From a virus, in UHGV virus genome UHGV-0312702: DNA of 64,000 bases; one strand, written 5' to 3'. The notes beneath the pieces were generated by a model that did not search any database, had not been told where the DNA came from, and saw only the letters and a program-made list of their open reading frames with translations. This document shows positions 9,653 to 29,417 of this stretch, one piece after another (the first letter of the stretch is position 1; each line of letters opens with the position of its first letter). The translations under genes and the position numbers were made by a program.

Positions 9653-10727
9653 AGACGGCTCTTTCAACGTTTGGTCATGCGTTGCTGTAGGTGATAAAGT
9701 TGTTACAACCTACGGTAAAGAAAATGGCAAGATGATGTTTGAAGAGTATACAGCAGAACCTAAAAACATCGGTAAAAAGAATGAGCGTAACGCTGAACAG
9801 CAAGCTCTCTTTGAAGTTGCTGCAAAGTATAAAAAGCAGGTTGACCGCAAAGGTTATGCTTACACAAAAGAGTCTGCACAGAATACTGAGAAGGCAGGTG
9901 TACAGCTTGCTCATGATGCTGCAAAGGTTAGCCACGCAAAGTATTTGAAGTTCCCTGCTGATGCTCAACCAAAACTTGATGGTGTACGTTGCAGAATTTC
10001 AAGAGATGCTGATTCAGTTAGTTTCACAGCTTATTCTCGTGAGAATACTGTTTACAACGTTCCAGTAGAACTAATTCCAGATTTGCTTTTGTTGCTTAAA
10101 TTACATCCACAAGTTGAAGACTTTGATGGAGAGATTTATGCTCATGGTTGGGACTTAGAAGATATTGTATCCATGATTAAGAATGCTGACAATCCAGACC
10201 GTCACCTTCTTAAATTCTACTGGTATGATATCTGTGACAATTCAAAATCTTGGCCTGAGCGTCGTGAAGTTATTGATAGTTCACCTATTGTTGAGCTTGG
10301 GGATACCTGTAGAGTTGTTCCTGTACAGACTATCCGTGTAAATTCTTGGGAAGAGTTTGATGAAGCTCATGATAAGTGGGTTGAAGCTAAGTTTGAAGGT
10401 GCAATGTACCGTTCAATCTCTGAAGACTCCTTCTATGAGTGTTGTCACCGTTCATACTTCTTGATTAAGCACAAGAAGATGCACACTGAAGAGTTTAAAG
10501 TAACTGGTGTAAAGACTGATAAGCGTGGCCACGGTAAGTTCGTTGTAGAGACTCTTCCTAACGTCTTTGTAGATGTCTCATGGAAGACTACTCATGAGAA
10601 GAAACAGTATCTTGCTGAGCATCCTGAAGAGTTTATCGGGAAGCCTTTAACGGTTCAGTTCCAGAAGATGACTCGTAAGGGGTCTTTACAGTTTCCTGTT
10701 GGTCTCGTTATTAGGGATTATGAATAG
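9627..10727 (+). CDS. ATP-dependent DNA ligase
   Basis: motif I KLDGVR (adenylation lysine), FDGEIY, EGAMYR, LIKHKK; start at ATG 9627 with RBS. Confidence 0.75.
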   Translation: MTILYKQNKDGSFNVWSCVAVGDKVVTTYGKENGKMMFEEYTAEPKNIGKKNERNAEQQALFEVAAKYKKQVDRKGYAYTKESAQNTEKAGVQLAHDAAKVSHAKYLKFPADAQPKLDGVRCRISRDADSVSFTAYSRENTVYNVPVELIPDLLLLLKLHPQVEDFDGEIYAHGWDLEDIVSMIKNADNPDRHLLKFYWYDICDNSKSWPERREVIDSSPIVELGDTCRVVPVQTIRVNSWEEFDEAHDKWVEAKFEGAMYRSISEDSFYECCHRSYFLIKHKKMHTEEFKVTGVKTDKRGHGKFVVETLPNVFVDVSWKTTHEKKQYLAEHPEEFIGKPLTVQFQKMTRKGSLQFPVGLVIRDYE

Positions 10728-11897
<1,170 letters not shown>

Positions 11898-11899
11898 TT

Positions 11900-12340
11900 A
11901 TGAATACAAAAGCATTAGCAGCAAAGTTTAGTTACGGTGACACTGTATCACATTCTGAGATGGACACCTTCTTAGGTATTGTGAAGCCAACTTATCAAGG
12001 TGACATTGTTAAGTACGAAGATGAAATGAAGGCTTATGCGCTTACACGCCTAAACCGACTTGAGAAGTTTATTGAGAAGCTTCTTAAAGAAGAGAAGATT
12101 TATCTGGTTGCTTCAATGGGTGTTGGTTATCGTGTGGTTGAACCTAAGCATCAAGCAACTATTGCAAAACGTAAAATGTCTGGCAAGATTGGTCGAGCTT
12201 TAAAGCAAGCTACTCAAGCAATTGAGAATGTGAACACTATGGCACTTAGCCATCAAGAACGTTCACGACTAATTGAACAGCAAAACCATTTAGCTGCTAT
12301 GAAAGCTAACATTAACAAGCAACGTAGAAAACCTTTCTAA
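11900..12340 (+). CDS. hypothetical protein
   Basis: 146 aa ORF, basic C-terminus. Confidence 0.5.
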   Translation: MNTKALAAKFSYGDTVSHSEMDTFLGIVKPTYQGDIVKYEDEMKAYALTRLNRLEKFIEKLLKEEKIYLVASMGVGYRVVEPKHQATIAKRKMSGKIGRALKQATQAIENVNTMALSHQERSRLIEQQNHLAAMKANINKQRRKPF

Positions 12341-12722
12341 GTTGACTAGGTAGCCTCTTCGGAGGCTCCTTTTTAAAAGGTCTTTAAACAGGGTCTTTTA
12401 ATGAGGTATGGTGAGGTGTTGTATGGTAGTGTCTGGTCCGGTAGGGTGAGGTTCGGTCCGGTAGGGTCTGGTATGGGTAGTTAATCGGAGCTACATAAAA
12501 ATTCGATTACATCACTTAAGAGTCTTTTAAAAGGGTTTTTAAGTGTTGTGAGGTGATGTACGGTCGGGTATGGCTATGTCTTGTATGGTTTGGTATGGAA
12601 GGATGGCAGTAGCCTTATAAAAAATCTGCCAAATAAGCTATAAAATCTGTTGACAAGTCAGGTGTTATAGCTTATTTTTATACTCAATGCAATACAAAAT
12701 TTAATATAACTTTGAGGTCATT
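12341..12722. repeat. noncoding GT-rich region B (paralog of region A, modules rearranged)
   Basis: 5-nt periodic tracts approx 12405-12480 and 12549-12610; same boxes and hairpin as region A. Confidence 0.6.
12650..12678 (+). promoter_or_regulatory. putative sigma70-like promoter
   Basis: TTGACA at 12650-12655, 17-nt spacer, TATTTT; duplicated TATAAAA(A)TCTG boxes upstream. Confidence 0.4.
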
Positions 12723-13106
12723 ATGAAAAAGATTTTATTAGCTGCTGCAATGGTTATGGCAATGAATTTACCAGTCAATGCAACAGAACTCCCAAATGTG
12801 GACTTATCAGGTGTTCCAGAAGACACTTGCCAGATTGTTAAAGGTGTTGCTCTAGCTAATGGTGAGCTACTTAAACCAATCTCTGAAGAGTCTTTAACAG
12901 AGATGACTGACAAAGTGACTGACTATCAATATCGCGTTCTTGCAGAGTATTTCCTGCAATCTGCAAACATTAAAGAGAAGCACCCTGATGATATTGATGT
13001 ACAGACTATGCTCAATCATCGTATTCAGTTTAAAGAAGATTTGATGCAAAAAGCTATGTATGGTGTTGAGTATTTCTTAGAAAACAGAAGCTGCACAGGT
13101 ATTTGA
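12723..13106 (+). CDS. secreted/periplasmic hypothetical protein
   Basis: N-terminal signal peptide MKKILLAAAMVMAMNLPVNA. Confidence 0.5.
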   Translation: MKKILLAAAMVMAMNLPVNATELPNVDLSGVPEDTCQIVKGVALANGELLKPISEESLTEMTDKVTDYQYRVLAEYFLQSANIKEKHPDDIDVQTMLNHRIQFKEDLMQKAMYGVEYFLENRSCTGI

Positions 13107-13107
13107 T

Positions 13108-13320
13108 ATGGCTCTTAAAAAGTTACATCCCAGAAGCGGTTATGGTAAGATAATTGACGATACAGACGGCTTTACAGTCTTTACAGTCATCTGTCAAGAT
13201 GATTCACAGATTGAAAAGGCTCTTGATGATTATCTTAACGATGAACGTGAAAAGGTTAGGGCTACAAACATAGATTCATTGATTGACACTTCACGCAAAC
13301 GGAAGAAGAAAGATGAATGA
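13108..13320 (+). CDS. hypothetical protein
   Basis: 70 aa ORF. Confidence 0.4.
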   Translation: MALKKLHPRSGYGKIIDDTDGFTVFTVICQDDSQIEKALDDYLNDEREKVRATNIDSLIDTSRKRKKKDE

Positions 13321-13612
13321 GGTTTTTGACCCTTATGCCCCACAAGATGATTGGGAGGCTGATAGAGAGGCTGAAATGGAGAGTTATATTTGTCCAATGG
13401 ATGTAGACGAAATGAGAGACTTCGTTGCACATCGTTTTAAGAGAGAGATTAAATCCAGAGGTCTTTCTCAAGAGCAAGTTGCTAAAATTTGTGGTATCTC
13501 TCAGGCTCGTGTATCCAACATAATCCATCTCACTGGTAACGTCTCCCTTGAGTATATGTTGGAAGTATGTGAAAAATTTGGTGTTAATTTCAATTTAAGG
13601 TTGGCAGATTAA
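13313..13612 (+). CDS. helix-turn-helix DNA-binding protein
   Basis: HTH-like segment LSQEQVAKICGISQARVSNII; ATGA overlap with upstream stop. Confidence 0.45.
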   Translation: MNEVFDPYAPQDDWEADREAEMESYICPMDVDEMRDFVAHRFKREIKSRGLSQEQVAKICGISQARVSNIIHLTGNVSLEYMLEVCEKFGVNFNLRLAD

Positions 13613-13613
13613 T

Positions 13614-13973
13614 ATGAAACGTGAAAACATTATCCACTCTGAAAACTTCGCATTAGGCTTTTATGGCGTACCAACTCACCTTGAAAAGTATTATGGTGTG
13701 AAGATTCTATCCAATCTCATTATGGCTTACAAAGATGGTAAGATTAAGCACACTGAGAAGAAACGTGTCATGGGCTATATGGCTGTAGGCTCAGCAATCT
13801 CAAACATTAAACTGGAAACAACTAGCAGTCAGGTTGTGAAAGACCACTTCATCAAAGAGCTTTACCAGAATCTTGATGGTGTAGATGTTCAGGCTGTTTG
13901 GCTGGATGTTGACGGTCACAACTACACGAGTTTCGTTTTCAAAAATGATGACATTAAGTGTCTGTTCCCATAA
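13614..13973 (+). CDS. hypothetical protein
   Basis: 119 aa ORF. Confidence 0.45.
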   Translation: MKRENIIHSENFALGFYGVPTHLEKYYGVKILSNLIMAYKDGKIKHTEKKRVMGYMAVGSAISNIKLETTSSQVVKDHFIKELYQNLDGVDVQAVWLDVDGHNYTSFVFKNDDIKCLFP

Positions 13974-13986
13974 TAGGTGATTAACT

Positions 13987-14502
13987 ATGATTGATATCTA
14001 CTTACAAGATGCTCATGCAGATTTCCTTAAAGAAATGCTTAAAAAGTTTATGGCTTCACAGTATGAGAATGAAGCATCTTTTAAAATAGTTACATGTGGC
14101 GACGAAGCTGGTTTTGTTGAGATTGAACATGAAGGTACTGGAAAGACTGTTTGTAAGTTACCTGATAGTATGTTCTCTAACACGTTCTTAACAAAAACTA
14201 GTATAAATGTTAAGCTTGTACCTCAGATTGAAACATACTCTGGTACAGATTACCCTAAAGGCTTTAAGTCACTGATGAAGTACTTCTTAGATGACTTTGT
14301 GAGTAATCTTCTGAGAGAGGTAAAAGAAAGTCGTACAGTGTTGACTGTAGAGAATATGGGAGACACTATTAGGGTTACTTCTGACTGCTTTGTTATGAGC
14401 CTCTTCGACTTCGTTCCTAAGAACTTTGATGGTATTCTGGATGAAGAAGATGACTGTGTAGACTTTATATTGGCTCTTGAGCCAGTTTTTGAGGTTAAAT
14501 AA
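13987..14502 (+). CDS. hypothetical protein
   Basis: 171 aa ORF. Confidence 0.45.
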   Translation: MIDIYLQDAHADFLKEMLKKFMASQYENEASFKIVTCGDEAGFVEIEHEGTGKTVCKLPDSMFSNTFLTKTSINVKLVPQIETYSGTDYPKGFKSLMKYFLDDFVSNLLREVKESRTVLTVENMGDTIRVTSDCFVMSLFDFVPKNFDGILDEEDDCVDFILALEPVFEVK

Positions 14503-14763
14503 ATGAAAATTGAACACTGCTATGAGTCTGACGGAGCACCTATCCGTTGTCCACATTGTGGATGTACAGACTTACAAGGTGAGGTAAGTGAAATAGTCAA
14601 CGGTCATATTGCTGAAGAGAGTACAAGGTGTACAGGGTGTAGTGAAATTATTGCTTTCTGGGCTTATGGTTCATACCAACCAGCACCACACTTAATCTAC
14701 CATAGCAATAAAGCTGTGAAAAATGTTATCAACTGGTTCATTAAGAAAGGGTTTACAAAATGA
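14503..14763 (+). CDS. zinc-ribbon protein
   Basis: CPHCGC...CTGC motif. Confidence 0.4.
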   Translation: MKIEHCYESDGAPIRCPHCGCTDLQGEVSEIVNGHIAEESTRCTGCSEIIAFWAYGSYQPAPHLIYHSNKAVKNVINWFIKKGFTK

Positions 14764-15305
14764 TTAAATTAATCTTTGCAAGTGGTGAAAATGGTGAGTT
14801 TGGTACTCCAACTGGTATGCCGTGGCCTCGACATAAACAGGACATGCAAGAGTTTAAGAGACTCACTAAAAACAACTTAGTAGTGATGGGTAACGAGACT
14901 TTCAAGACTCTGGGGAATAAGCCTTTACCAGAACGTGCAAATCTCATCTTAACAAATTCTGTACCATATCTAGGCATAGACTTTGGCAAAGATGATGTGA
15001 TGTATGCTAAGGCCACTAAAGAGTCATTTGGAGCATTTTTGAAGTATCTTGATAGCTCTATTGATGAAGATGTCTTTGTAATTGGTGGTGCAGGTGTACT
15101 TGTCAATGCTTTACCGTATGCTGATGTAGTGTTCCATACAGTTTTCCATAAAGTTACTGAAGAGGCCACTGTGCATTTACCTTTTGAAAACTTCTTCGAT
15201 AAACTGTATGATAGCCGTGTATTTGCAAAGGTTCAGTCAAGACCATCAGATGATGGTAAAGCAACCTTTGAAATTTATGTTCCACAAGTAAAAGGACACT
15301 TTTGA
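14760..15305 (+). CDS. dihydrofolate reductase
   Basis: IFA...MPW...VVMGNETFKTLG...LILTNS pattern typical of DHFR. Confidence 0.85.
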   Translation: MIKLIFASGENGEFGTPTGMPWPRHKQDMQEFKRLTKNNLVVMGNETFKTLGNKPLPERANLILTNSVPYLGIDFGKDDVMYAKATKESFGAFLKYLDSSIDEDVFVIGGAGVLVNALPYADVVFHTVFHKVTEEATVHLPFENFFDKLYDSRVFAKVQSRPSDDGKATFEIYVPQVKGHF

Positions 15306-15306
15306 T

Positions 15307-16206
15307 ATGTCACAAGCAGATACAAGTTACAAAAATATCCTGAACCATGTTTTATCCGTTGGTGAACTGCGTACTACACGAACTGGAGATGTTATCTCTG
15401 CATTCGCTCCACCTAAGTTTCGTTTTGATATGAGAACTGGTTTCCCGCTCTTAACATCTAAACAGGTGTTTACACGGCAAGTTATTGGGGAAGCTTTATG
15501 GTTCCTGAACGGAGAGAATAAGCTTGGTGAACTCCGTTACCGTACTTGGGGTGAAAATGACGGAGAACGCTGGACTATCTGGTCAGATGATTTTAAACGC
15601 TGGTTAAGCTCTAATTATTCTTCTGAACAAGATTGGTTAGAGGATGCAGGTGGAAGAATCTATGGGGTTCAGTGGAGAAACTTTGAAGGTCATAATGGTT
15701 GTGTTGTAGACCAACTAGAGACCTTAGTAACGAAGATGAAGGGTGATATCACAGACCGTTACATGCTTGTTAATGCTTGGAATGCAGCAGATATTGCAGC
15801 AAACTCAATGGCTTTAGCACCTTGTCATGTTCTGTTTCAGATTTATATCACTAATGAGGGTGAAGTTGACTTACAATGGTATCAGCGTTCGGTAGACACC
15901 TTTTTAGGACTTCCATTTAATATTGCATCTTATGGTTTTATTCTGGAAGTTCTTTGCAAGATGACTGGATACACTCCACGATACTTGATAGGTGTCTTTG
16001 GGGATACTCAGATTTATCATAACCATATGAAGCAGGTTTATGAACTGATGAACAATCAAGAGTTCCATGCACCTACTTTTGAGATTGGTGTGCAGCTTAA
16101 CACACTAAGTGACCTTAAACATCTTACTGCAAGTGATTTTATTGGTGGTATTAACAACTACCAACACGCAGGGAAGATTGAAGCACCTCTGTCAGTAGGT
16201 AAGTAA
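15307..16206 (+). CDS. thymidylate synthase
   Basis: catalytic LAPCH motif and NAWNAAD motif; directly follows DHFR. Confidence 0.85.
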   Translation: MSQADTSYKNILNHVLSVGELRTTRTGDVISAFAPPKFRFDMRTGFPLLTSKQVFTRQVIGEALWFLNGENKLGELRYRTWGENDGERWTIWSDDFKRWLSSNYSSEQDWLEDAGGRIYGVQWRNFEGHNGCVVDQLETLVTKMKGDITDRYMLVNAWNAADIAANSMALAPCHVLFQIYITNEGEVDLQWYQRSVDTFLGLPFNIASYGFILEVLCKMTGYTPRYLIGVFGDTQIYHNHMKQVYELMNNQEFHAPTFEIGVQLNTLSDLKHLTASDFIGGINNYQHAGKIEAPLSVGK

Positions 16207-16214
16207 AAACAAAA

Positions 16215-16245
16215 AAGGCTCCCGTAAAAAGGAGCCTTAAAATTT
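16215..16245. terminator. bidirectional intrinsic terminator between convergent genes
   Basis: AAGGCTCC-cgtaaaaa-GGAGCCTT hairpin flanked by A/T tracts. Confidence 0.6.
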
Positions 16246-16616
16246 TATTTTTCAGTATTCTTTGTGTTCTTTTCAGTAATAGCTTGCAAGGCTGATACTG
16301 ATTGAGCCAGATTGTTCACACTGTCAGAGAATTTATCAAGAGTTTTGGTAAGTTTTGCGTTTTCGCCCTTAACGTTCTCTAACTGAACTTTCTGGTTCTC
16401 CATCCCTAACTGAAGCAATCTCATGTCAGACTGTAAATCACGAATAGCTGAGTAATTAGATTTACTGTAATTATCTAGCTGCTGTAATTTTGTTGTGATA
16501 GACACTTCTTGCTTACCATCCGAAACTTGCATGGTGGTATACATCCCAATAACACTAAAAATACCAACTACAATTGCACCAATATTATTTTTAAAAGCTT
16601 CCTCTAGCCACCTCAT
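16245..16616 (-). CDS. membrane protein with N-terminal TM helix and coiled-coil domain
   Basis: hydrophobic IGAIVVGIFSVIGMY then heptad-like Q/L-rich region. Confidence 0.45.
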   Translation of the reverse strand: MRWLEEAFKNNIGAIVVGIFSVIGMYTTMQVSDGKQEVSITTKLQQLDNYSKSNYSAIRDLQSDMRLLQLGMENQKVQLENVKGENAKLTKTLDKFSDSVNNLAQSVSALQAITEKNTKNTEK

Positions 16617-16811
16617 TTATTTCTCCCCCTTAAAAGCTTTTTCTAAGTTATCTACGAACTCATCATCAATAGGTGTGTCTGTTTTACTCGCAAGGTATCT
16701 TGCAAGCCTAAAGAACACTTTCTCAATCATGTATTCACTTAGAAGGGATAAAATGAGTTTCCAGAAGAAACTACCTAGATTTTTTAGAAGAATTGCTAGG
16801 ATTGTAGGCAT
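16617..16811 (-). CDS. small membrane protein
   Basis: 64 aa, one hydrophobic helix plus charged C-terminus. Confidence 0.4.
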   Translation of the reverse strand: MPTILAILLKNLGSFFWKLILSLLSEYMIEKVFFRLARYLASKTDTPIDDEFVDNLEKAFKGEK

Positions 16812-16889
16812 TTAATCACCTCATCAGCCAAGATGGTGAGAATACCCTAAAGAATATTAACACCATCTTAACAATCAGTCAATAAGGGA

Positions 16890-19451
16890 TTAAGCAGTTC
16901 TTACCCAAGCCATTAACTTGTAGAACTGGTTAGTAACACTAAATGCTGAACCAGAACCTGTACCACCAGTGTTACCACTAACTGTATGAGTGTGAGCACC
17001 GATACCTACAGAGTGGGTGTGAGCACCAGTGTTGCTTGTAGTACCAGACCATGTGTGTGTATGGTTACCAGTTGTGTTAGTGTTAGGGAACTTGTTATCA
17101 GTTCTGTCAAGCCAGTCAAGAGTCCTTGTCTTATTGTTACCAACTGTTGTATAACCGTACAAAGCATCACCACCATTAACTAATAACAAACCTAAGTGGT
17201 GAGCGTGGTTACCAGCAGCACTTGTTGTACCACTTACAGTGTGAGTATGACCACCAGTGCTATTAGTGCTCTTCGTACCATAATCAAAAGATGAAGTGGT
17301 AGCAGAAAAGCTGTGAGTGTGTGATGGTAAGTTACCAACAGCTAACGTCACAGAATCTGAACCACCTGTTGTAGCAACATCTGAACCATTTGCTGCTGCG
17401 ATTCTGATAGTTCTACCAACACCATTATTCAGGTACGTCCAAGTTAACCCAGGCAACGCTGTGTTAGGGTCAACATTGCTGTTAAACCATGTCACAATAC
17501 CTACTGGATAGATTTTATTAAGGTCTGTAGAGTCACTTACAGCCTGTGCAATCTTCTGGTCAGTCTCAGCTTTAGTATATGCACCAATATCTGAAGGGGT
17601 TGGTTTCAAGAGACTAGTATAATAATAAGCAATTGTCCCAGCAACATAGTCAGATGGAGCACTGTCAGATGTCTCTGGGATTTCAAACAGTTGTACTGTT
17701 GCGTTATCTGATGACTGAACCCTAGCTGTCGTAGCGTTTTGGTAGTTACCAGCTTTGCAATAGATATCATAATTATCGCCAGATGTATTAACATACCCAA
17801 TTTCCATCACAACACCATTCGGTGAGTTTTTCCATGCAACAACATTTAATCCTTTTGGTTTACCATTCCCTGCTCTAATAACAATCTCTGTTTTACATGC
17901 TTGGTCAGGCGTATTATAGTTGAACCCAGACCCACCAAACAGCTCAATTACCGCTGTCGATGTTGCCTGCGGCATAGTAACAGTTGCAATCTTAGCCCAT
18001 TTAGTCACACCATTAGTGTTAAAGCCAGCACTTCTTACCCTCAGATACCTATTATCAGCAGATGATTTGTTGTAGTATCTCCCATCAATGTTAGTCCAAT
18101 CAGAAGGTTGAACTTGACCAGTGATTCTAACTGTTTTGTTCAGTAAGAAGTCATCCTTCATGTAAATGGTAGTAGCAGTCCTGTCATTGTGGATAATGAA
18201 CCTTTCTGGGTTGCTTGGTTCCCCATTACCGATATACCACCTTCTAACACCATCAGCATTAAAACCAGCAAAGTATAACTCCCTGTCTTGTGCAGTATTC
18301 CTTAGTTGTAACAATAAGCCATTTTGATTAATAATCTGTGCAGACCTGAAATTGTTTACATCACTTAGCTTAGCAAGATTACTCAAAGTAGCTGCTGGGA
18401 TATATCTAGAGTCAATGTTAGCCCAATCAGAAGGTTGAACTTGACCACCAATTTGGACTGTTCTACTCATGGTAATGGTGTTACCTAGTGAGATTTGTGT
18501 TTTTGCTAAATAGTTATAGATGTTTACAATATTCTCATCACCGTCATTACCAATGTACCACTTATTAGTTCCGTCTGACTTTCTTGCTTGGATATACAAA
18601 GCCGCAGTTGTATCTACATTTTGAATAGTAATAGCATTAGCATTCTTCTTAATAACAAAATTAGTGAAAATATTAGAACCACTAAAAGTATTATTGCCAG
18701 CTAACTGTGCAAATCTCTGATTAGCAACTGTCTGAGTAAAATATCTAGCATCTAGGTTAGAGAAATCAGAAGGTTGAACTTGACCAGTGATTCTTAGTGT
18801 TTTATTGATAGCAATGTCGTTAGCAAGATTAACATATGCACCGGTCTTGTAGTTGGAGATAGTAACATCATCACTCCCTGAACCATTACCTACATACCAC
18901 CTATTATTACCAGCACTATCCTGACCTCTGATATACAACGGTGAGTTCTCAGAAGAGTTTTTTACCCTAAGAGCTTCACCATTTGCTTGGATAATTTGCT
19001 GGAAGGTGAAGATGTTATTTGCCGTTAATCTTGAGTATCTTGCATCATTCTCTTCATTAGTTCTCATCCCAAGTTCATTAGGGCTTGGTTTATTCAGAGT
19101 GTGATAAACAGTTGCTGACCTTGAAGCATCTGCAATAGTCAGTTTAAGACCATTTGCATTGATTTTAAAAGTCTTTAAAACATCCCCAATATTAATCTCA
19201 GAAGAACCTGTTGGGTTAAATACTACCTTACCACCATAAAGTAACTTAACAATCCCTAAGTCACCCGTCATAGTGCTACCAGCAATCTGAACAAATCTTT
19301 CAAGTTTAAAAGATGCTAAGAAGTCTTGATAGGTCATTCGACGGTCTTCATCACCAAGCATTTCAGGTCTCTTTTTAACTCTGACATGAAGAAGGTCGTC
19401 TGAACGGATTGTGTCGATTGAGTTTAATTCACTCAACTTGTAATCTGCCAT
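16890..19451 (-). CDS. tail fibre protein with internal repeats and His-x-His C-terminal tip
   Basis: three [10 protein letters not shown](x)N(I/L)D(x)RY modules; C-terminal GNHTHT/GAHTHS/GAHTHT repeats. Confidence 0.7.
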   Translation of the reverse strand: MADYKLSELNSIDTIRSDDLLHVRVKKRPEMLGDEDRRMTYQDFLASFKLERFVQIAGSTMTGDLGIVKLLYGGKVVFNPTGSSEINIGDVLKTFKINANGLKLTIADASRSATVYHTLNKPSPNELGMRTNEENDARYSRLTANNIFTFQQIIQANGEALRVKNSSENSPLYIRGQDSAGNNRWYVGNGSGSDDVTISNYKTGAYVNLANDIAINKTLRITGQVQPSDFSNLDARYFTQTVANQRFAQLAGNNTFSGSNIFTNFVIKKNANAITIQNVDTTAALYIQARKSDGTNKWYIGNDGDENIVNIYNYLAKTQISLGNTITMSRTVQIGGQVQPSDWANIDSRYIPAATLSNLAKLSDVNNFRSAQIINQNGLLLQLRNTAQDRELYFAGFNADGVRRWYIGNGEPSNPERFIIHNDRTATTIYMKDDFLLNKTVRITGQVQPSDWTNIDGRYYNKSSADNRYLRVRSAGFNTNGVTKWAKIATVTMPQATSTAVIELFGGSGFNYNTPDQACKTEIVIRAGNGKPKGLNVVAWKNSPNGVVMEIGYVNTSGDNYDIYCKAGNYQNATTARVQSSDNATVQLFEIPETSDSAPSDYVAGTIAYYYTSLLKPTPSDIGAYTKAETDQKIAQAVSDSTDLNKIYPVGIVTWFNSNVDPNTALPGLTWTYLNNGVGRTIRIAAANGSDVATTGGSDSVTLAVGNLPSHTHSFSATTSSFDYGTKSTNSTGGHTHTVSGTTSAAGNHAHHLGLLLVNGGDALYGYTTVGNNKTRTLDWLDRTDNKFPNTNTTGNHTHTWSGTTSNTGAHTHSVGIGAHTHTVSGNTGGTGSGSAFSVTNQFYKLMAWVRTA

Positions 19452-19497
19452 TATAAATTTTCCTCTAAAAAGGGGCTATAAAGCCCCTGTAAAGAAA

Positions 19498-20685
19498 TTA
19501 AGCTGTTCTCTGCCATACATACAGTACGAAGGATGGCTGCTCAATGTTGAAAGCTTGTCCACCACCAACACTATTAGTGTTCCCGCTATGCGTATGTTCA
19601 GAAGAAGAAACTGTTACAGTACCATTATGTGTATGCGAGCCAATACCAACTGTGTGGCTGTGAGCACCAATACCTACTGTATGGTTGTGGTTACCAGTTG
19701 TGTTGGTTGTGACACTGAAAGAGTGTGTGTGTGCACCAGCGACTTCACAGACAGCATCTGCTGAGTACCATGATTGGTCATTCCTTGTAGACCAAACCAT
19801 TGCAGGTCTTTCCGATAGACCACCACCTGCTTCATATGTCAATCTGTGGTTGTGAGCACCAGCAGTACTTGTTGACCCACTACCAACATGGTTGTGGTTA
19901 CCTGTTGTGTTAGTAGTCTTTGTTCCATAATCAAAAGAGTTGGTAGTCTTAGCTCCATAGTCAAAAGCTGAAATTGACACAGTTGCATTATGAGTGTGAG
20001 CACCACCACTAAGAGATACAGAGTGGGAATGCTGAGGCATATTATTAACTGACAAAGTAACAGTTGAAGCACCAAATACAGAACCTGCTGGTCTTGTGTC
20101 AGAGTCATAACCAACCAATGCTCTACCCTTTGAAACTAACTCCCAAGTACCTCCACAAATTAAATATGTAGAAGGGTTTGCAGAGTTCATAGAAAGATGA
20201 ATAGTACCTACCGGATAAGAAGCCTGAACAGCCTTGTACAAGTTATTTACTGCTCTTGCTGTAGCATACTTATTTGCATCTTCATTATAAAGGTCAGATG
20301 TTGTCCAGTTCTGAACATTACTTAAGCCAACCTGTGCCTTAGTTGTATTGTGTGGGTTACTCTTGTCCTTGATATGTTGTTGGACAAGATTATTAACCTC
20401 TTCTGAAGACATAATCTGTAGATTTGCTCTTGCTTCAGCCACATCAACAATATCTGATAAGTTATTTGCAGCGACTAACTGGAGAGCATTAATAACATTA
20501 TCTAAACCAATTTGTGTTTTAGTAACACCATGAGGGTTGTTTCTTAGGCTTGAGTGTGGAGCAAGTAATTGCTCAAGAGTACACCTTTTATCCTCAATAC
20601 CCTGCTTAAGATGGAAGATATCGCTAAGGTCAATTGGTAAGGCTGCTTGAGGCAAGGCACTAATTTGAATTTCACCTACTGCCAT
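19498..20685 (-). CDS. tail fibre protein with His-x-His C-terminal repeats
   Basis: NPH..TK.Q.GL.NV collar-like repeats; C-terminal GNHNH/GAHNH/GAHTH/GSHTH motifs. Confidence 0.65.
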   Translation of the reverse strand: MAVGEIQISALPQAALPIDLSDIFHLKQGIEDKRCTLEQLLAPHSSLRNNPHGVTKTQIGLDNVINALQLVAANNLSDIVDVAEARANLQIMSSEEVNNLVQQHIKDKSNPHNTTKAQVGLSNVQNWTTSDLYNEDANKYATARAVNNLYKAVQASYPVGTIHLSMNSANPSTYLICGGTWELVSKGRALVGYDSDTRPAGSVFGASTVTLSVNNMPQHSHSVSLSGGAHTHNATVSISAFDYGAKTTNSFDYGTKTTNTTGNHNHVGSGSTSTAGAHNHRLTYEAGGGLSERPAMVWSTRNDQSWYSADAVCEVAGAHTHSFSVTTNTTGNHNHTVGIGAHSHTVGIGSHTHNGTVTVSSSEHTHSGNTNSVGGGQAFNIEQPSFVLYVWQRTA

Positions 20686-20687
20686 TA

Positions 20688-28703
<8,016 letters not shown>

Positions 28704-28704
<1 letters not shown>

Positions 28705-28943
28705 TACATTTTTCCTGCTCTTCTAAGTTCATTGTAAGCAATTTCCTCTTTATACGACCTCTGAATTTCAAGAAATTGTCTCAATGATAATAAATCAGAG
28801 AATGTCATAGCAAAGAGTTGGTCAAGTGTCTCTTTACACCCTTCCATACCATAAATAGCAAGCACAAATTTCATCTCGTCTGCTTCTTCATAGGTTGCCT
28901 CTACAGCAGCATCAGTTAGTGGTGTCTGTAGAGTGTTACCCAT
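28704..28943 (-). CDS. tail assembly chaperone (downstream ORF)
   Basis: small ORF pair between tube and tape measure. Confidence 0.4.
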
Positions 28944-28945
28944 GT

Positions 28946-29344
28946 TTACTGAGAAGTTAGGCTTTTGAAAATGCTTGCTTCGAAAAAACTTCCGAAGTTT
29001 GCCTCCAGCGCAAATGCTAAGTAATCAATAAATTCACCATAGTTTGCTTGGAAGTACGTATCAATATTAAGTGGGAAGTCATCAACAGTTGCCCCTTGAA
29101 ATAACAAGGTAGCCATCTCTTCTAGGTTAATTTCTTCAATTCTGTCAAAACAAGCTTCAACAAGTTCTTTAAATGGAACCATTGGAGCTTCTTTCTTATC
29201 TTTATCAGTCAGACTTGACAGCATCTGTGCAAATGTTGGAACAACAATTTTACCCAACTTCATAGACATCTTAATACCATCTCTTGCCCCAAGCAGAACG
29301 ATATTTACTTTCTTACCATTAATTACTCTAGATTCTGTTTTCAT
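28946..29344 (-). CDS. tail assembly chaperone
   Basis: 132 aa ORF before tape measure. Confidence 0.4.
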   Translation of the reverse strand: MKTESRVINGKKVNIVLLGARDGIKMSMKLGKIVVPTFAQMLSSLTDKDKKEAPMVPFKELVEACFDRIEEINLEEMATLLFQGATVDDFPLNIDTYFQANYGEFIDYLAFALEANFGSFFEASIFKSLTSQ

Positions 29345-29359
29345 TGTGATTCCTTAATA

Positions 29360-29405
29360 CTTTTAAAAGAAACAAAAAAGGGGAAGACCTTTTAAAGTCT
29401 CCCCC
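29360..29405 (-). terminator. intrinsic terminator after tail tube gene
   Basis: minus strand GGGGAGAC...GTCTTCCCC hairpin followed by TTTTTT. Confidence 0.5.
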
Positions 29406-29417
29406 TTATAGGATTTA

